Assembly (NCBI GenBank): GCA_030619735.1
Contig: JAUXAV010000001.1
Span: 1 to 42,178, forward strand
Length of the DNA: 42,178 nt
DNA from: Candidatus Aenigmatarchaeota archaeon
Lineage (GTDB): Archaea; Aenigmatarchaeota; Aenigmatarchaeia; QMZP01; JAUXAV01
Direction of reading: 5' to 3'
Position numbers and translations under genes: made by a program. The notes under the pieces are model-generated. The model saw nothing but the letters and a program-made list of their open reading frames with translations, was not told the origin of the DNA and did no database searches. Each line of letters starts with the position of its first letter. Within the stretch, counting starts at the first letter, position 1. Shown piece by piece: positions 34,505-42,178 of the stretch.

Positions 34505-35617
34505 ATGACAAGGATTTGGGACATTGACGTAAAGCAGTTCCGTACCGGGGAGAAGATTCTTAGACATCCCGGGCGCTTAAGGGAGTGGTTGGACGGTCGC
34601 AATCCCTTTCCCATTATGGTGGAATTTGACATGACCAATGTATGTAATCACCGGTGCCCGGAGTGCATAGCCAACCACTATCGCAAGGTCGATCGTGTTT
34701 CGCTCTCCGGTGACTTAGCGAGGCGGGTGATATCGGAAATGGCCGAGGGCGGACTGAAAGGCATATCCTTCACCGGTGGTGGCGAGCCCTTTTGCAACCC
34801 TGATACTTGCGAGACGATCCGCTGGGCGAAGAAGTGCGGGCTGGACGTGGTCGTAGTCACCAATGGCTCTCTCTTGGACGACGCTGTGTGTGAAACCATA
34901 GTTGAGAATTGCATAGGTATCGCCGTCTCCTTGGATGCGGCCACGCCGGAGACATTCCGGAAAATGCATGGTAGGGGAGCCAAGCATTTCTTTCATGTCG
35001 TGGCAAACATTCGCCGACTTGCTGAAGCGAAGCAGAGGGTGGCCAGCAACTGTAGCGTCGGTCTGGCCGTGTTGACCTGCGATACAACAAAACCGGATAT
35101 GGTGGCTGCAGCGAAACTGGCGAAGGAGGTGGGGGTGGACTATGTGCACTTCCGGCCCCTAATGATCCACCGCGGAGGCCAGTTCAAATACCACTGGCCC
35201 GATATGGAAAAGGAGCTCGAAGCGTGTCTAGACTTGAGGGAGCCGGGAAGCTTCGATGTGCTTTTCTCCAAGGACAAGTATCTCTCTATTCGGGAGGTGA
35301 ACTTTGGTCGTAGTTACGGCCGTTGCTTCGGACACCAATTTGCCGGCGCCGTTTCTGCGAACGGGAAAGTGTATCTGTGTTGCCACCTGAGGGGCTATCC
35401 CCAGTACGATCTTGGAGATTTGCATAACCAAAGTTTTCGTGACATCTGGAATGGAGAACGCAGACGCCAGGTCATAGCCAGTATTGACTTCCATGATTGC
35501 ATCCCGCTCTGTCGCTGCAACGCGTTCAATAAAGTGCTATGGGAGATATGGAACGACCCTTCCAGCCTCGATGCGCGGATTCTTGAGATGCCCATTCCCC
35601 ACGAGAACATACTGTAG
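34505..35617 (+). CDS. Radical SAM protein with SPASM/twitch-type C-terminal Cys motifs
   Basis: 370 aa. MTNVCNHRCPEC (CX3CX2C), SFTGGGEP (GGE SAM-binding motif). C-terminal CFGHQFAGAVSANGKVYLC fits CX12GX4C, followed by DCIPLCRC (CX3CXC). Confidence 0.8.
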   Translation: MTRIWDIDVKQFRTGEKILRHPGRLREWLDGRNPFPIMVEFDMTNVCNHRCPECIANHYRKVDRVSLSGDLARRVISEMAEGGLKGISFTGGGEPFCNPDTCETIRWAKKCGLDVVVVTNGSLLDDAVCETIVENCIGIAVSLDAATPETFRKMHGRGAKHFFHVVANIRRLAEAKQRVASNCSVGLAVLTCDTTKPDMVAAAKLAKEVGVDYVHFRPLMIHRGGQFKYHWPDMEKELEACLDLREPGSFDVLFSKDKYLSIREVNFGRSYGRCFGHQFAGAVSANGKVYLCCHLRGYPQYDLGDLHNQSFRDIWNGERRRQVIASIDFHDCIPLCRCNAFNKVLWEIWNDPSSLDARILEMPIPHENIL

Positions 35618-35654
35618 GCAGGGAGCGGCTGTTCCCCAATTATTAGAGCTAAGG

Positions 35655-35918
35655 ATTCTTGGTAAAGTAATAAACATTGGTAGCGGAAGATATACAAATG
35701 TGATTACAATTGCGAGATTGATTCTGGACTGTATGAATAAGCCAGAATCTTTGCCCCAGCACGTTAAAGATAATAGACCAGGGCATGTTAGGCAACACTT
35801 AGCCTCTAATGATAAAGCTGAAAGGCTTTTGGACTGGAAGGCAAGGACAAGGTTTGAAGATGCCTTGAGGGAAACCGTTAACTGGTATCGAGAGAATGAA
35901 TGGTGGTGGAAGGCTTAG
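35655..35918 (+). pseudogene. rmlB: C-terminal ~87-codon remnant of rmlB (dTDP-glucose 4,6-dehydratase)
   Basis: GKVINIGSGRYTNVITIARLILDCM...VKDNRPGHVRQHLASNDKAERLLDWKARTRFEDALRETVNWYRENEWWWKA matches the RmlB C-terminus (YNIG..., DRPGHD.RYA.D..K....LGW.P...FE.GL..TV.WY..N..WW). The upstream part of track ORF 35484-35918 overlaps the radical-SAM gene and is not homologous. Confidence 0.75.
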
Positions 35919-36874
35919 TCTTCCTGTTCTTTTCTTGCAGGCATCCTGAACCAGATGAGCATGCCTATTATGCCCAAGAGTATGTGTCCAACAAAGAGTA
36001 TGACAAGGGAGAATGAGATGGCTGATTCTGCTGTCAGGTGAATGAATGCAAAGAAGAGCACCAGTGCAGCATCCCTTGTGCCTATGCCTGAAAGTGAGAC
36101 GGGCAGGGCCTCCAGGAGCATGGTAATGGGGGTTATCATCAGCAGGAACTGGAAGGGAAGTGTGATGTTCAGGGCCAGAGCCATGAGGTAGTACTGGAAT
36201 ATTGTAAGGAGCATGGCTATTATTCCCAGAACAGTTGAAACAATTATAATGGTTTTTCTGTTCCTCATAATCCCCAAACCCTTGTAAAAGTCATTGAATA
36301 CTGTACCTAGCTTCGGCTTGTATCTGTCCGGAATCATGGCCCTGAAGAAGGGCCTCAGAATCCGGATGACAAACCCCTTCCTGGTAAGGAGGAATACAAA
36401 CAACAGGAATAGGATGAAAATAACCACTACTGACAGGAGCAAATCAAAATATCCTGCGTAAAACGATGCGAAGAATACTATCCCTATCAGGGCCAGGGAG
36501 AACAGGACAATAACGTCTATGATTCTGTCCACCATAACGGTTGTCAGGGACTTGCCCAGGGAGGTCTTCTCCCTGAGGTAATACGCCCTGTAAAAATCCC
36601 CAAGCCTGCCAGGGGTTATAAGGCTCACGGAATAGCCGACCAGCCAGGCCCCAATGGATTTTATAAAGGGATAATCGATATTATATACCTTCATGAGCAT
36701 CTTCCATTTGAATGCCTTTACTGCAATTATAGGGACTATAAAAATGATGGAAATGGAGAGGTAGAACATGTCTGTGTTTTTCAGTATGCTGAGTATTTCT
36801 AGCAGGTTCATGTTCCAGATTATATACAGGAACAGCACAATACCTATTACTGGCAGAAAAATCTGAAGCTTCAT
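35915..36874 (-). CDS. Flippase-like membrane protein (UPF0104 / lysyl-PG-synthase TM-region family)
   Basis: 319 aa, ~8 TM segments. AVKAFKWKMLM, LITPGRLGDFYRAYYL and LPVSLSGIGTRDAAL are typical of this family. Confidence 0.65.
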   Translation of the reverse strand: MKLQIFLPVIGIVLFLYIIWNMNLLEILSILKNTDMFYLSISIIFIVPIIAVKAFKWKMLMKVYNIDYPFIKSIGAWLVGYSVSLITPGRLGDFYRAYYLREKTSLGKSLTTVMVDRIIDVIVLFSLALIGIVFFASFYAGYFDLLLSVVVIFILFLLFVFLLTRKGFVIRILRPFFRAMIPDRYKPKLGTVFNDFYKGLGIMRNRKTIIIVSTVLGIIAMLLTIFQYYLMALALNITLPFQFLLMITPITMLLEALPVSLSGIGTRDAALVLFFAFIHLTAESAISFSLVILFVGHILLGIIGMLIWFRMPARKEQED

Positions 36875-36975
36875 ATTCCTATTAGGGGGTTTCTTATTAA
36901 AAAATGGATTGTTTCAGGGCTCGGTATATTTAAAACAGAAAATTGTAAATAGATACAAACTCCAAGGGGTGGAAT

Positions 36976-38469
36976 ATGGATAAGAAAAGGCTGATAATAG
37001 CCATTGTTCTGATGCTTCTGGCGCTCGCGTTCGTCTTCAGGACCATTAATCCCCATCTCAATCCTGCCACGCATGTGAATGTGCATGGGGATGAAGCAAG
37101 GGTGCTGACCATAGCCAGGAATGTGGCAGAGAGGGGGCAGTATGCATACAGTGAGGGCCTGTCCGAGTATGAGCTCTCGCTTCCCAATGCCTTTTGGACA
37201 GGGCCCCTGACTATTTATACCCATGCAGTATTTTTCTTTTTATTCGGCTCCACATATGCCGTGGCACGGCTGACCGTGGCGCTCTTCGGCTTTATATGCA
37301 TCTACTTGATGTATCTGATAACAAAAAGGATATACGGGAAGAAGGCCGCCATCATATGCGCGGTGCTGGCTGCCCTGAACCCTTTGTTTGCATTCTACAG
37401 CCGCGTGGCGCTGCATGACATACTGTGCTACATGTTCTTTTTGATTTCGGTTTATCTGGCGCTGGATATTGAGAATAGGACCAGGCTCAGGATGGCCCTG
37501 ATAGGGGTGTGCGCTGCCCTGGCTAGCATCTCAAGATACAATGGAATTATAATTCTGCTGGTTATGGTTATTTATTTCGCATATACCAGGAGGCGGAAGT
37601 TCCTGATGGATTTGCCATTCCTTTTAATTCCGTGTTTCTTGGTCTTCCTGGGATTCTATTTCTGGCTTGTCTACAATGGATTTTTTGAACTCTTTACAAG
37701 AACGTTTTTTGGTGATATGTTTGAAACAGGCATCATGGCAAAGACCGGGCTTATGGCATATTACGGCATCATAGCCGTGCTGCAGGTCCTTGTCAAGTAT
37801 GCCCCCTTCCTGCTGGTTGGCACTGTTGCCGGTCTACTCGTTATATACAAGCGAGGGTTCGTGAGCAGGCAGGAGAAGCTTATCCTGATATGGATGATGG
37901 TGGGGTTTGCTTGGTGGCTCCAGTCATATGCCTCAGGAAAATACATGCTAGCCTTCACCTTCCCCATGTTCATCTTTGTGTCCGGAGCCCTGATGAAGGT
38001 GATAAAGAAGCCAGTATTCAGGCTTGACCATAGGCATGTTATGGTCTTTCTTGGTGTATTGCTGGTTGCATATATTGCAGTGAATCTGGAGGCCACCTAT
38101 GACATAAGGGATGATTCAGTATACAACGCGGCTGCTATCATAAAGGCCTCAGAAGAGAGGATATTATTTGCAGAGCCGCCCCTGGCATTTGTTTCAGGAA
38201 AATCAAAGCTCTCGCACTATTGGAATGACTCCTACAGGCATTGGGTAAGTTCAGAGCTTCATCTTGAAATGTTCTATGACCCACCAAATAACCAATCCAT
38301 TTATGATTATCTGGAAAGGACAAAACCAAGATACATAATGCTGAGTTCCAAGTTCCCTGTCAAAAGTGCAACGCCAAGAAAGGAGTTCAACCATTATATA
38401 GATTTGTATGGAAAGGTCAAAGAAGAGATTGGTTCATACATTCTTTATGAACTAAGTTGGCCTGAATAA
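36976..38469 (+). CDS. GT-C fold membrane glycosyltransferase (ArnT/PMT-like) with C-terminal soluble domain
   Basis: 497 aa. N-terminal anchor then HGDEARVLTIARN first-loop motif, more than 10 hydrophobic segments, soluble tail ending SYILYELSWPE. Confidence 0.7.
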   Translation: MDKKRLIIAIVLMLLALAFVFRTINPHLNPATHVNVHGDEARVLTIARNVAERGQYAYSEGLSEYELSLPNAFWTGPLTIYTHAVFFFLFGSTYAVARLTVALFGFICIYLMYLITKRIYGKKAAIICAVLAALNPLFAFYSRVALHDILCYMFFLISVYLALDIENRTRLRMALIGVCAALASISRYNGIIILLVMVIYFAYTRRRKFLMDLPFLLIPCFLVFLGFYFWLVYNGFFELFTRTFFGDMFETGIMAKTGLMAYYGIIAVLQVLVKYAPFLLVGTVAGLLVIYKRGFVSRQEKLILIWMMVGFAWWLQSYASGKYMLAFTFPMFIFVSGALMKVIKKPVFRLDHRHVMVFLGVLLVAYIAVNLEATYDIRDDSVYNAAAIIKASEERILFAEPPLAFVSGKSKLSHYWNDSYRHWVSSELHLEMFYDPPNNQSIYDYLERTKPRYIMLSSKFPVKSATPRKEFNHYIDLYGKVKEEIGSYILYELSWPE

Positions 38470-38540
38470 TAAATCCCTTTTGATGTTGGAGCAGGCGGTA
38501 TAGTGGGTTTCTAATATAAATATAAACAGTCTAAAAGCAA

Positions 38541-39278
38541 ATGATTGGTATGAAAAAGGGAAGGTATAGCATATCGGCGTTTTTCCCTATATACAATGAT
38601 GAGTGCACTGTAAAGAAAATGGTAATGGATGCGCTGTCTGTTTTGAGAACCATTACAGATGACTATGAGATTATACTGGTGGATGACTGCAGCATTGACA
38701 AATCAGGCAGGATAGCTGACAGCCTGGCGAAAAAATACAGGCAGGTCAGGGTTATGCATCACAGGAAGAACAGGGGCTATGGTGGTGCGCTCAAAACAGG
38801 CATTACCAGTGCAAGGAAGGACCTGATATTCTACACAGACGGTGACGCCCAGTATGATGCCAGGGAGCTGGCAAAGCTCTACCCGCTTATAGGGAATGCG
38901 GATGTTGTGAATGGCTACAAGATAAAGCGCCATGATGTCCTCTACAGGATAGTCCTGGGGCGGCTCTATAATGCATTCGTGAAGGTCATGTTCCATATGA
39001 AGATAAGGGATATAGACTGTGATTTCAGGCTTTTCAGGCGGAGAGTTTTTAAGGATATAACACTGGAGTCGAATAGTGGCGTAATCTGCGTGGAGATGAT
39101 GAAGAAGATTCAGCTGACCGGTGCCAGGATAGCAGAGGTCCCGGTTCATCACTACGAAAGGGTTGGAGGGGTCTCACAGTTCTTCAAGGTAATGAAGATA
39201 TCTAGTGTGTTTCTGGGGCTGGCCAAGCAGTGGTGGAAGCTCATGGTTGTTAGGAAGTTGCAGGAGTTGGCGGGATGA
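38541..39278 (+). CDS. GT2 glycosyltransferase, polyprenyl-phosphate sugar synthase-like (start may be ATG 38550)
   Basis: ISAFFPIYNDE, LVDDCSIDKS, YTDGDAQYD. 4-nt overlap with the next SDR gene. Confidence 0.8.
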   Translation: MIGMKKGRYSISAFFPIYNDECTVKKMVMDALSVLRTITDDYEIILVDDCSIDKSGRIADSLAKKYRQVRVMHHRKNRGYGGALKTGITSARKDLIFYTDGDAQYDARELAKLYPLIGNADVVNGYKIKRHDVLYRIVLGRLYNAFVKVMFHMKIRDIDCDFRLFRRRVFKDITLESNSGVICVEMMKKIQLTGARIAEVPVHHYERVGGVSQFFKVMKISSVFLGLAKQWWKLMVVRKLQELAG

Positions 39279-40267
39279 AAGGGCTTGATAGTTTCAATGG
39301 GAAGAATGTGATGATTACAGGAGGGCTGGGATTTATAGGAAGCAACCTTGCGCATGAGCTGGTCAGGCTAAATTCCAATGTGCTGATTGTTGATTGCCTA
39401 CTGCCGGAATGCGGGGGTAACAGATACAATATCAGGGGGATTGAGGACAGGGTCCGGGTGGAGAATGCTGATATCAGGGACGGGCCCAAGATAGGCAGGC
39501 TTGTTAAAGGCCAGGAATATATATTCCATCTTGCTGCCCATCTGAGCCATATAAACAGCGTGAAAAATCCGATTCTGGATTTTGATATAAACTGCAGGGG
39601 AAGCCTGGAACTGCTGGAAGCCTGCAGAAAATACAATCCGGATACAAAGGTGGTATATACAGGGACAAGGGGACAGTACGGGAAAATAGAATATACTCCT
39701 GTGGATGAGAAGCATCCCATACAGCCCACTGATATGAATGGTGTCAATAAGCATGCTGCAGAGCAGCATCATCTCCTATACCACAGGCTTTACGGGCTCA
39801 GGACAGCCTCGCTGAGGTTGACCAATGTGTACGGCCCAAGGCACCAGATGAGGCACAGTGAGCAGGGGTTTGCCGGCTGGTTTATCCGGCTGGCAATGGA
39901 TAATAAGAAGATAAAGGTGTTCGGGGACGGGAAGCAGCTCAGGGACCTGAATTATGTTGATGATGTGGTGTCAGCGCTGCTGGCCCTGGCCCTGGAAAGG
40001 AAATCATATGGGGAGGCCTTCAATATAGGGGGGATAAAGCCGGTCAGCATACTGGAGTTTGTCAAAAGCCTGATAGAGGTAAGCGGCTCTGGAAGCTATG
40101 AACTGATTCCCTTCCCGGAGGAGGAGGGCAGGATTGAGATAGGGAGCTATGTGGCGGATTTCACAAAGCTAAGGAAAGTGACTGGCTGGGAGCCGAAAAC
40201 CCCCCTGAAGGCAGGGCTTGAGAAAACTGTCCGATTCTACAGGAAGTGTAAAGGGCACTATTGGTAG
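39275..40267 (+). CDS. Extended SDR (NAD-dependent epimerase/dehydratase family) with NxxxK in place of YxxxK
   Basis: VMITGGLGFIGSNL. PTDMNGVNKHAAEQHHLLYHRLYGL aligns with P.S.YG.SK.A.E.....Y....GL, with Asn at the catalytic Tyr position. Tail TGWEPKTPLKAGLEKTV. Confidence 0.65.
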   Translation: MKGLDSFNGKNVMITGGLGFIGSNLAHELVRLNSNVLIVDCLLPECGGNRYNIRGIEDRVRVENADIRDGPKIGRLVKGQEYIFHLAAHLSHINSVKNPILDFDINCRGSLELLEACRKYNPDTKVVYTGTRGQYGKIEYTPVDEKHPIQPTDMNGVNKHAAEQHHLLYHRLYGLRTASLRLTNVYGPRHQMRHSEQGFAGWFIRLAMDNKKIKVFGDGKQLRDLNYVDDVVSALLALALERKSYGEAFNIGGIKPVSILEFVKSLIEVSGSGSYELIPFPEEEGRIEIGSYVADFTKLRKVTGWEPKTPLKAGLEKTVRFYRKCKGHYW

Positions 40268-40339
40268 TCCAGGTGGTATTGTGAAGCATGAGATAAGGAA
40301 GCGGATTCTCAGACTCAGGGAAAAAGCATATTTATAAAA

Positions 40340-40624
40340 CTATGGCTGGTCCGGATTCTGCGACAGGAGAAATCTTCTTATCAGGAGGTAGGCAAGGATG
40401 GTGCCGATTATGTATGCTATTATCATGGAGATTATTGTGCCGTAGAGGCCATGGAACTGTATCAGAAACCAGGCAGTTACTGTATTGATTGAAACCGTTA
40501 TAATCTCGGACAGGGAGCTTATTTTCACCCCTGATATGCCAAAGGATGCTGCAAACCACATGTATATGTTATGCACCATTGCTATCAGGCCTGCCAGTAC
40601 AAACAGCATAAGCATGGGAGAAAA
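40340..40624 (-). pseudogene. Orphan duplicated 3' end (~91 codons) of a Wzx-type flippase gene
   Basis: MLMLFVLAGLIAMVHNIYMWFAASFGISGVKISSLS...GLYGTIISMIIAYIIGT parallels the last ~91 residues of the adjacent flippase (MLLLFVFAGLITSVHLLYIWFAASFGIRGVKISSLS...GLYGAILSMIISYTIGT), roughly 60 percent identical by eye. An in-frame stop lies immediately upstream. Confidence 0.75.
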
Positions 40625-40687
40625 TCAGATCATGGCGTCATTTTTTCTATCTATTCACAAGGTTTATTGATAGTATGAAGTAGTTAT

Positions 40688-42004
40688 TTATTCTATAAAC
40701 CCTTCCTCCTCTGGAGAAAACACAGACCTTATCCTAAAGTAGATATAGAGTGTGCCGATTGTATAGGATATTATCATGGATAGTATGGCCCCGTAAAGAC
40801 CGTATGATGGTATTAGCAACAGGGCTGTTATTATGTTTGCTATACATATTATTCCCACTGATAGGGAGCTTATCTTTACGCCTCTTATCCCAAAGGATGC
40901 AGCAAACCATATATAGAGCAAGTGCACTGATGTTATAAGGCCAGCAAATACAAAGAGAAGGAGCATGGGGATTATGAAGGTATAATCACTGCCATAGAGG
41001 AAGAGTACAATAGAGGACATGACAAAAAGCAATATATAGAATATTGGGGAGAATTTTAGGAGCTTGTTCATTTGGGAGAAGATTATGGCCTTCTTTCTGT
41101 ACATGGAGGATATGGGGAAAAAGACCATTACGAATCCGGTCACAAAGAACGATGCTACTGTGAGTGTGGAATAGTAGTAGGCCTGGTACATACCCACATC
41201 ACCTATTGAAAGGAAGATGTTAAGGAATATCTTGTTTAATGCACCTATGGTGGAGAGTGATATGGTTCCCAGGATGGCTATAAGGCTATATTTCATCAGG
41301 ATCTTTGACCATTTTCTGCTCAGCACCGGCCTGAGGTATTTCCTGATGTCCGGCCATGTAGGAGCTGCTGCAAGCAGATAGCCTATTATTACGGATATTA
41401 TGGGTATTATTGCTGTTCTTGTGTAGAGGTAAAGGATAATGCTTATAATCAGCACGGAAAGGCTCCATACAACATTCAGCGCTCCGAGCTTTTTCATCTT
41501 GTTCATGCCCTGGCATACCTTCTGGGCAAGGGTCCATATGTTCATGCCAACAGCCATTACTATGGCTGCAAACATATAGGGAAGGTTTATAGAAAAGGCT
41601 GTGGCAAGGGGCACGGAGAGGAGATAAAACAATAGTGCGAATATGATGGTTGATACAGCCATCAGTATAACGCTTGTGGATAGTATCTTTGCTTTGTCCC
41701 TTTCACTCCTTGTAGATGTAAAGTATTTCACCATGGCCGTGCCTATGGAGAGATACATAAATGTCCATAGTATATTTGATATGGAACAGACAAGGGCAAA
41801 CCTCCCGTACTCTATCCTGCCAAGTAGCCTGCCGCTCATTATCTGAAAGAGGAGGGAAAAGACCTTTGAGAGCATAAGGCCAGAGAAGACAAAGCCCAGG
41901 CCCTTTATGAAATTCCTGGTGACTGGCCCAGGCTTTTTTCTGAATATCAGGGCATAGAAAAAGAAAACAATTACCCAGAATAATTTCTTTAATTTTTCCA
42001 ACAT
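40688..42004 (-). CDS. wzx: Oligo/polysaccharide flippase, MOP superfamily (Wzx-like)
   Basis: 438 aa, ~12 hydrophobic segments. SGRLLGRIEYGRFALV near the N-terminus is typical of polysaccharide-biosynthesis (Wzx/RfbX) proteins. Confidence 0.75.
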   Translation of the reverse strand: MLEKLKKLFWVIVFFFYALIFRKKPGPVTRNFIKGLGFVFSGLMLSKVFSLLFQIMSGRLLGRIEYGRFALVCSISNILWTFMYLSIGTAMVKYFTSTRSERDKAKILSTSVILMAVSTIIFALLFYLLSVPLATAFSINLPYMFAAIVMAVGMNIWTLAQKVCQGMNKMKKLGALNVVWSLSVLIISIILYLYTRTAIIPIISVIIGYLLAAAPTWPDIRKYLRPVLSRKWSKILMKYSLIAILGTISLSTIGALNKIFLNIFLSIGDVGMYQAYYYSTLTVASFFVTGFVMVFFPISSMYRKKAIIFSQMNKLLKFSPIFYILLFVMSSIVLFLYGSDYTFIIPMLLLFVFAGLITSVHLLYIWFAASFGIRGVKISSLSVGIICIANIITALLLIPSYGLYGAILSMIISYTIGTLYIYFRIRSVFSPEEEGFIE

Positions 42005-42178
42005 CAGATCACTTTATATATTATAAAGACATCCTGACCCTTAAATTGAACCTTTTTGTAGACAGGAAGATTGGAGTTTACCCATTGGTATAATTCGCTG
42101 TTAAATTTATATCCAGGCCACCAGGTCAGTATCCATTTTGGATCGCCTGTCTCAAGGAATGATATGTCTATGGGTCCC
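42004..42178 (-). CDS. C-terminal end (58 codons) of a further GT-C-type glycosyltransferase; continues off the right edge
   Basis: Not in the ORF track. The minus-strand frame is open from the edge: ...GPIDISFLETGDPKWILTWWPGYKFNSELYQWVNSNLPVYKKVQFKGQDVFIIYKVI*. The ...VFIIYKVI ending matches the RIFIIYEVSQ / VVLIIYKLEAEA tails of the GT-C paralogues. Its TGA overlaps the flippase ATG (TGATG). Confidence 0.55.
   Translation of the reverse strand, partial: GPIDISFLETGDPKWILTWWPGYKFNSELYQWVNSNLPVYKKVQFKGQDVFIIYKVI

Larger units (their letters stand above)
33947..35640 (+). other. Compositionally foreign patch (CGN arginine codons, CpG-rich): rmlA 3' end, rmlB start stub and a radical-SAM gene
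   Basis: The Arg-codon switch in rmlA falls between codons 212 (33944) and 233 (34007). The line at 34681 has 7 CpG in 60 nt; the host-like line at 901 has none, and the line at 24301 has 3 despite higher G+C. AGR codons resume in the rmlB tail after ~35640 (8 of 9). Confidence 0.6.

Noticed and set aside
35484-35654. Upstream part of the 144-aa ORF that contains the rmlB tail
   Set aside because: It overlaps the 3' end of the radical-SAM gene in another frame and shows no RmlB similarity. Only ~35655-35918 is homologous, so the ORF is not a functional gene.

Overview
Archaeal chromosomal segment. Evidence for archaeal origin: an L10e ribosomal protein gene, TTTAAATA-type TATA boxes about 25-40 nt upstream of start codons, and a strong AGG/AGA arginine bias. 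The left ~4 kb is housekeeping: rpl10e (partial), dcd, a sugar-phosphate nucleotidyltransferase, mdh, nadC and nadE. From ~4 kb to the right edge lies one very large surface-glycan / glycosylation island. It holds 3 GT4 genes, 3 GT2 (polyprenyl-phosphate-sugar-synthase-like) genes and 4 GT-C (ArnT/PMT-like) genes plus 2 decayed ones. It also holds a Wzx-type flippase, a flippase-like LPG-synthase-TM protein and many nucleotide-sugar enzymes: GalU-like, Ugd, two UXS-like decarboxylases, three further SDRs, RmlA, two DegT aminotransferases, a cupin, a GNAT, an AsnB-like amidotransferase, two class I methyltransferases and a CDP-alcohol phosphatidyltransferase. Unusually, it carries four radical-SAM loci: two intact B12-binding type, one gutted, and one SPASM/twitch type. 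Main observations: (1) rmlB directly behind rmlA has been reduced to an N-terminal stub and a C-terminal tail, and its middle is occupied by a CpG/CGN-rich foreign patch carrying a CX3CX2C + CX12GX4C radical-SAM gene. (2) A ~90-nt structured repeat with a perfect AGAGA-CA-TCTCT palindrome occurs three times, twice as the 5' leader/RBS of unrelated genes and once in-frame inside a GNAT ORF. (3) The island is littered with recombination scars: a gutted radical-SAM gene, an in-frame collapsed GT-C mini-ORF, orphan 3' tails of an SDR and of the flippase, methyltransferase and GT-C stubs, and a duplicated RBS/start. (4) Composition is a mosaic of AT-rich cassettes, host-like DNA and one CGN-rich patch. 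I recognised no tRNA, rRNA, CRISPR array, transposase or integrase. All family calls come from motif recognition by eye; no database search was possible.
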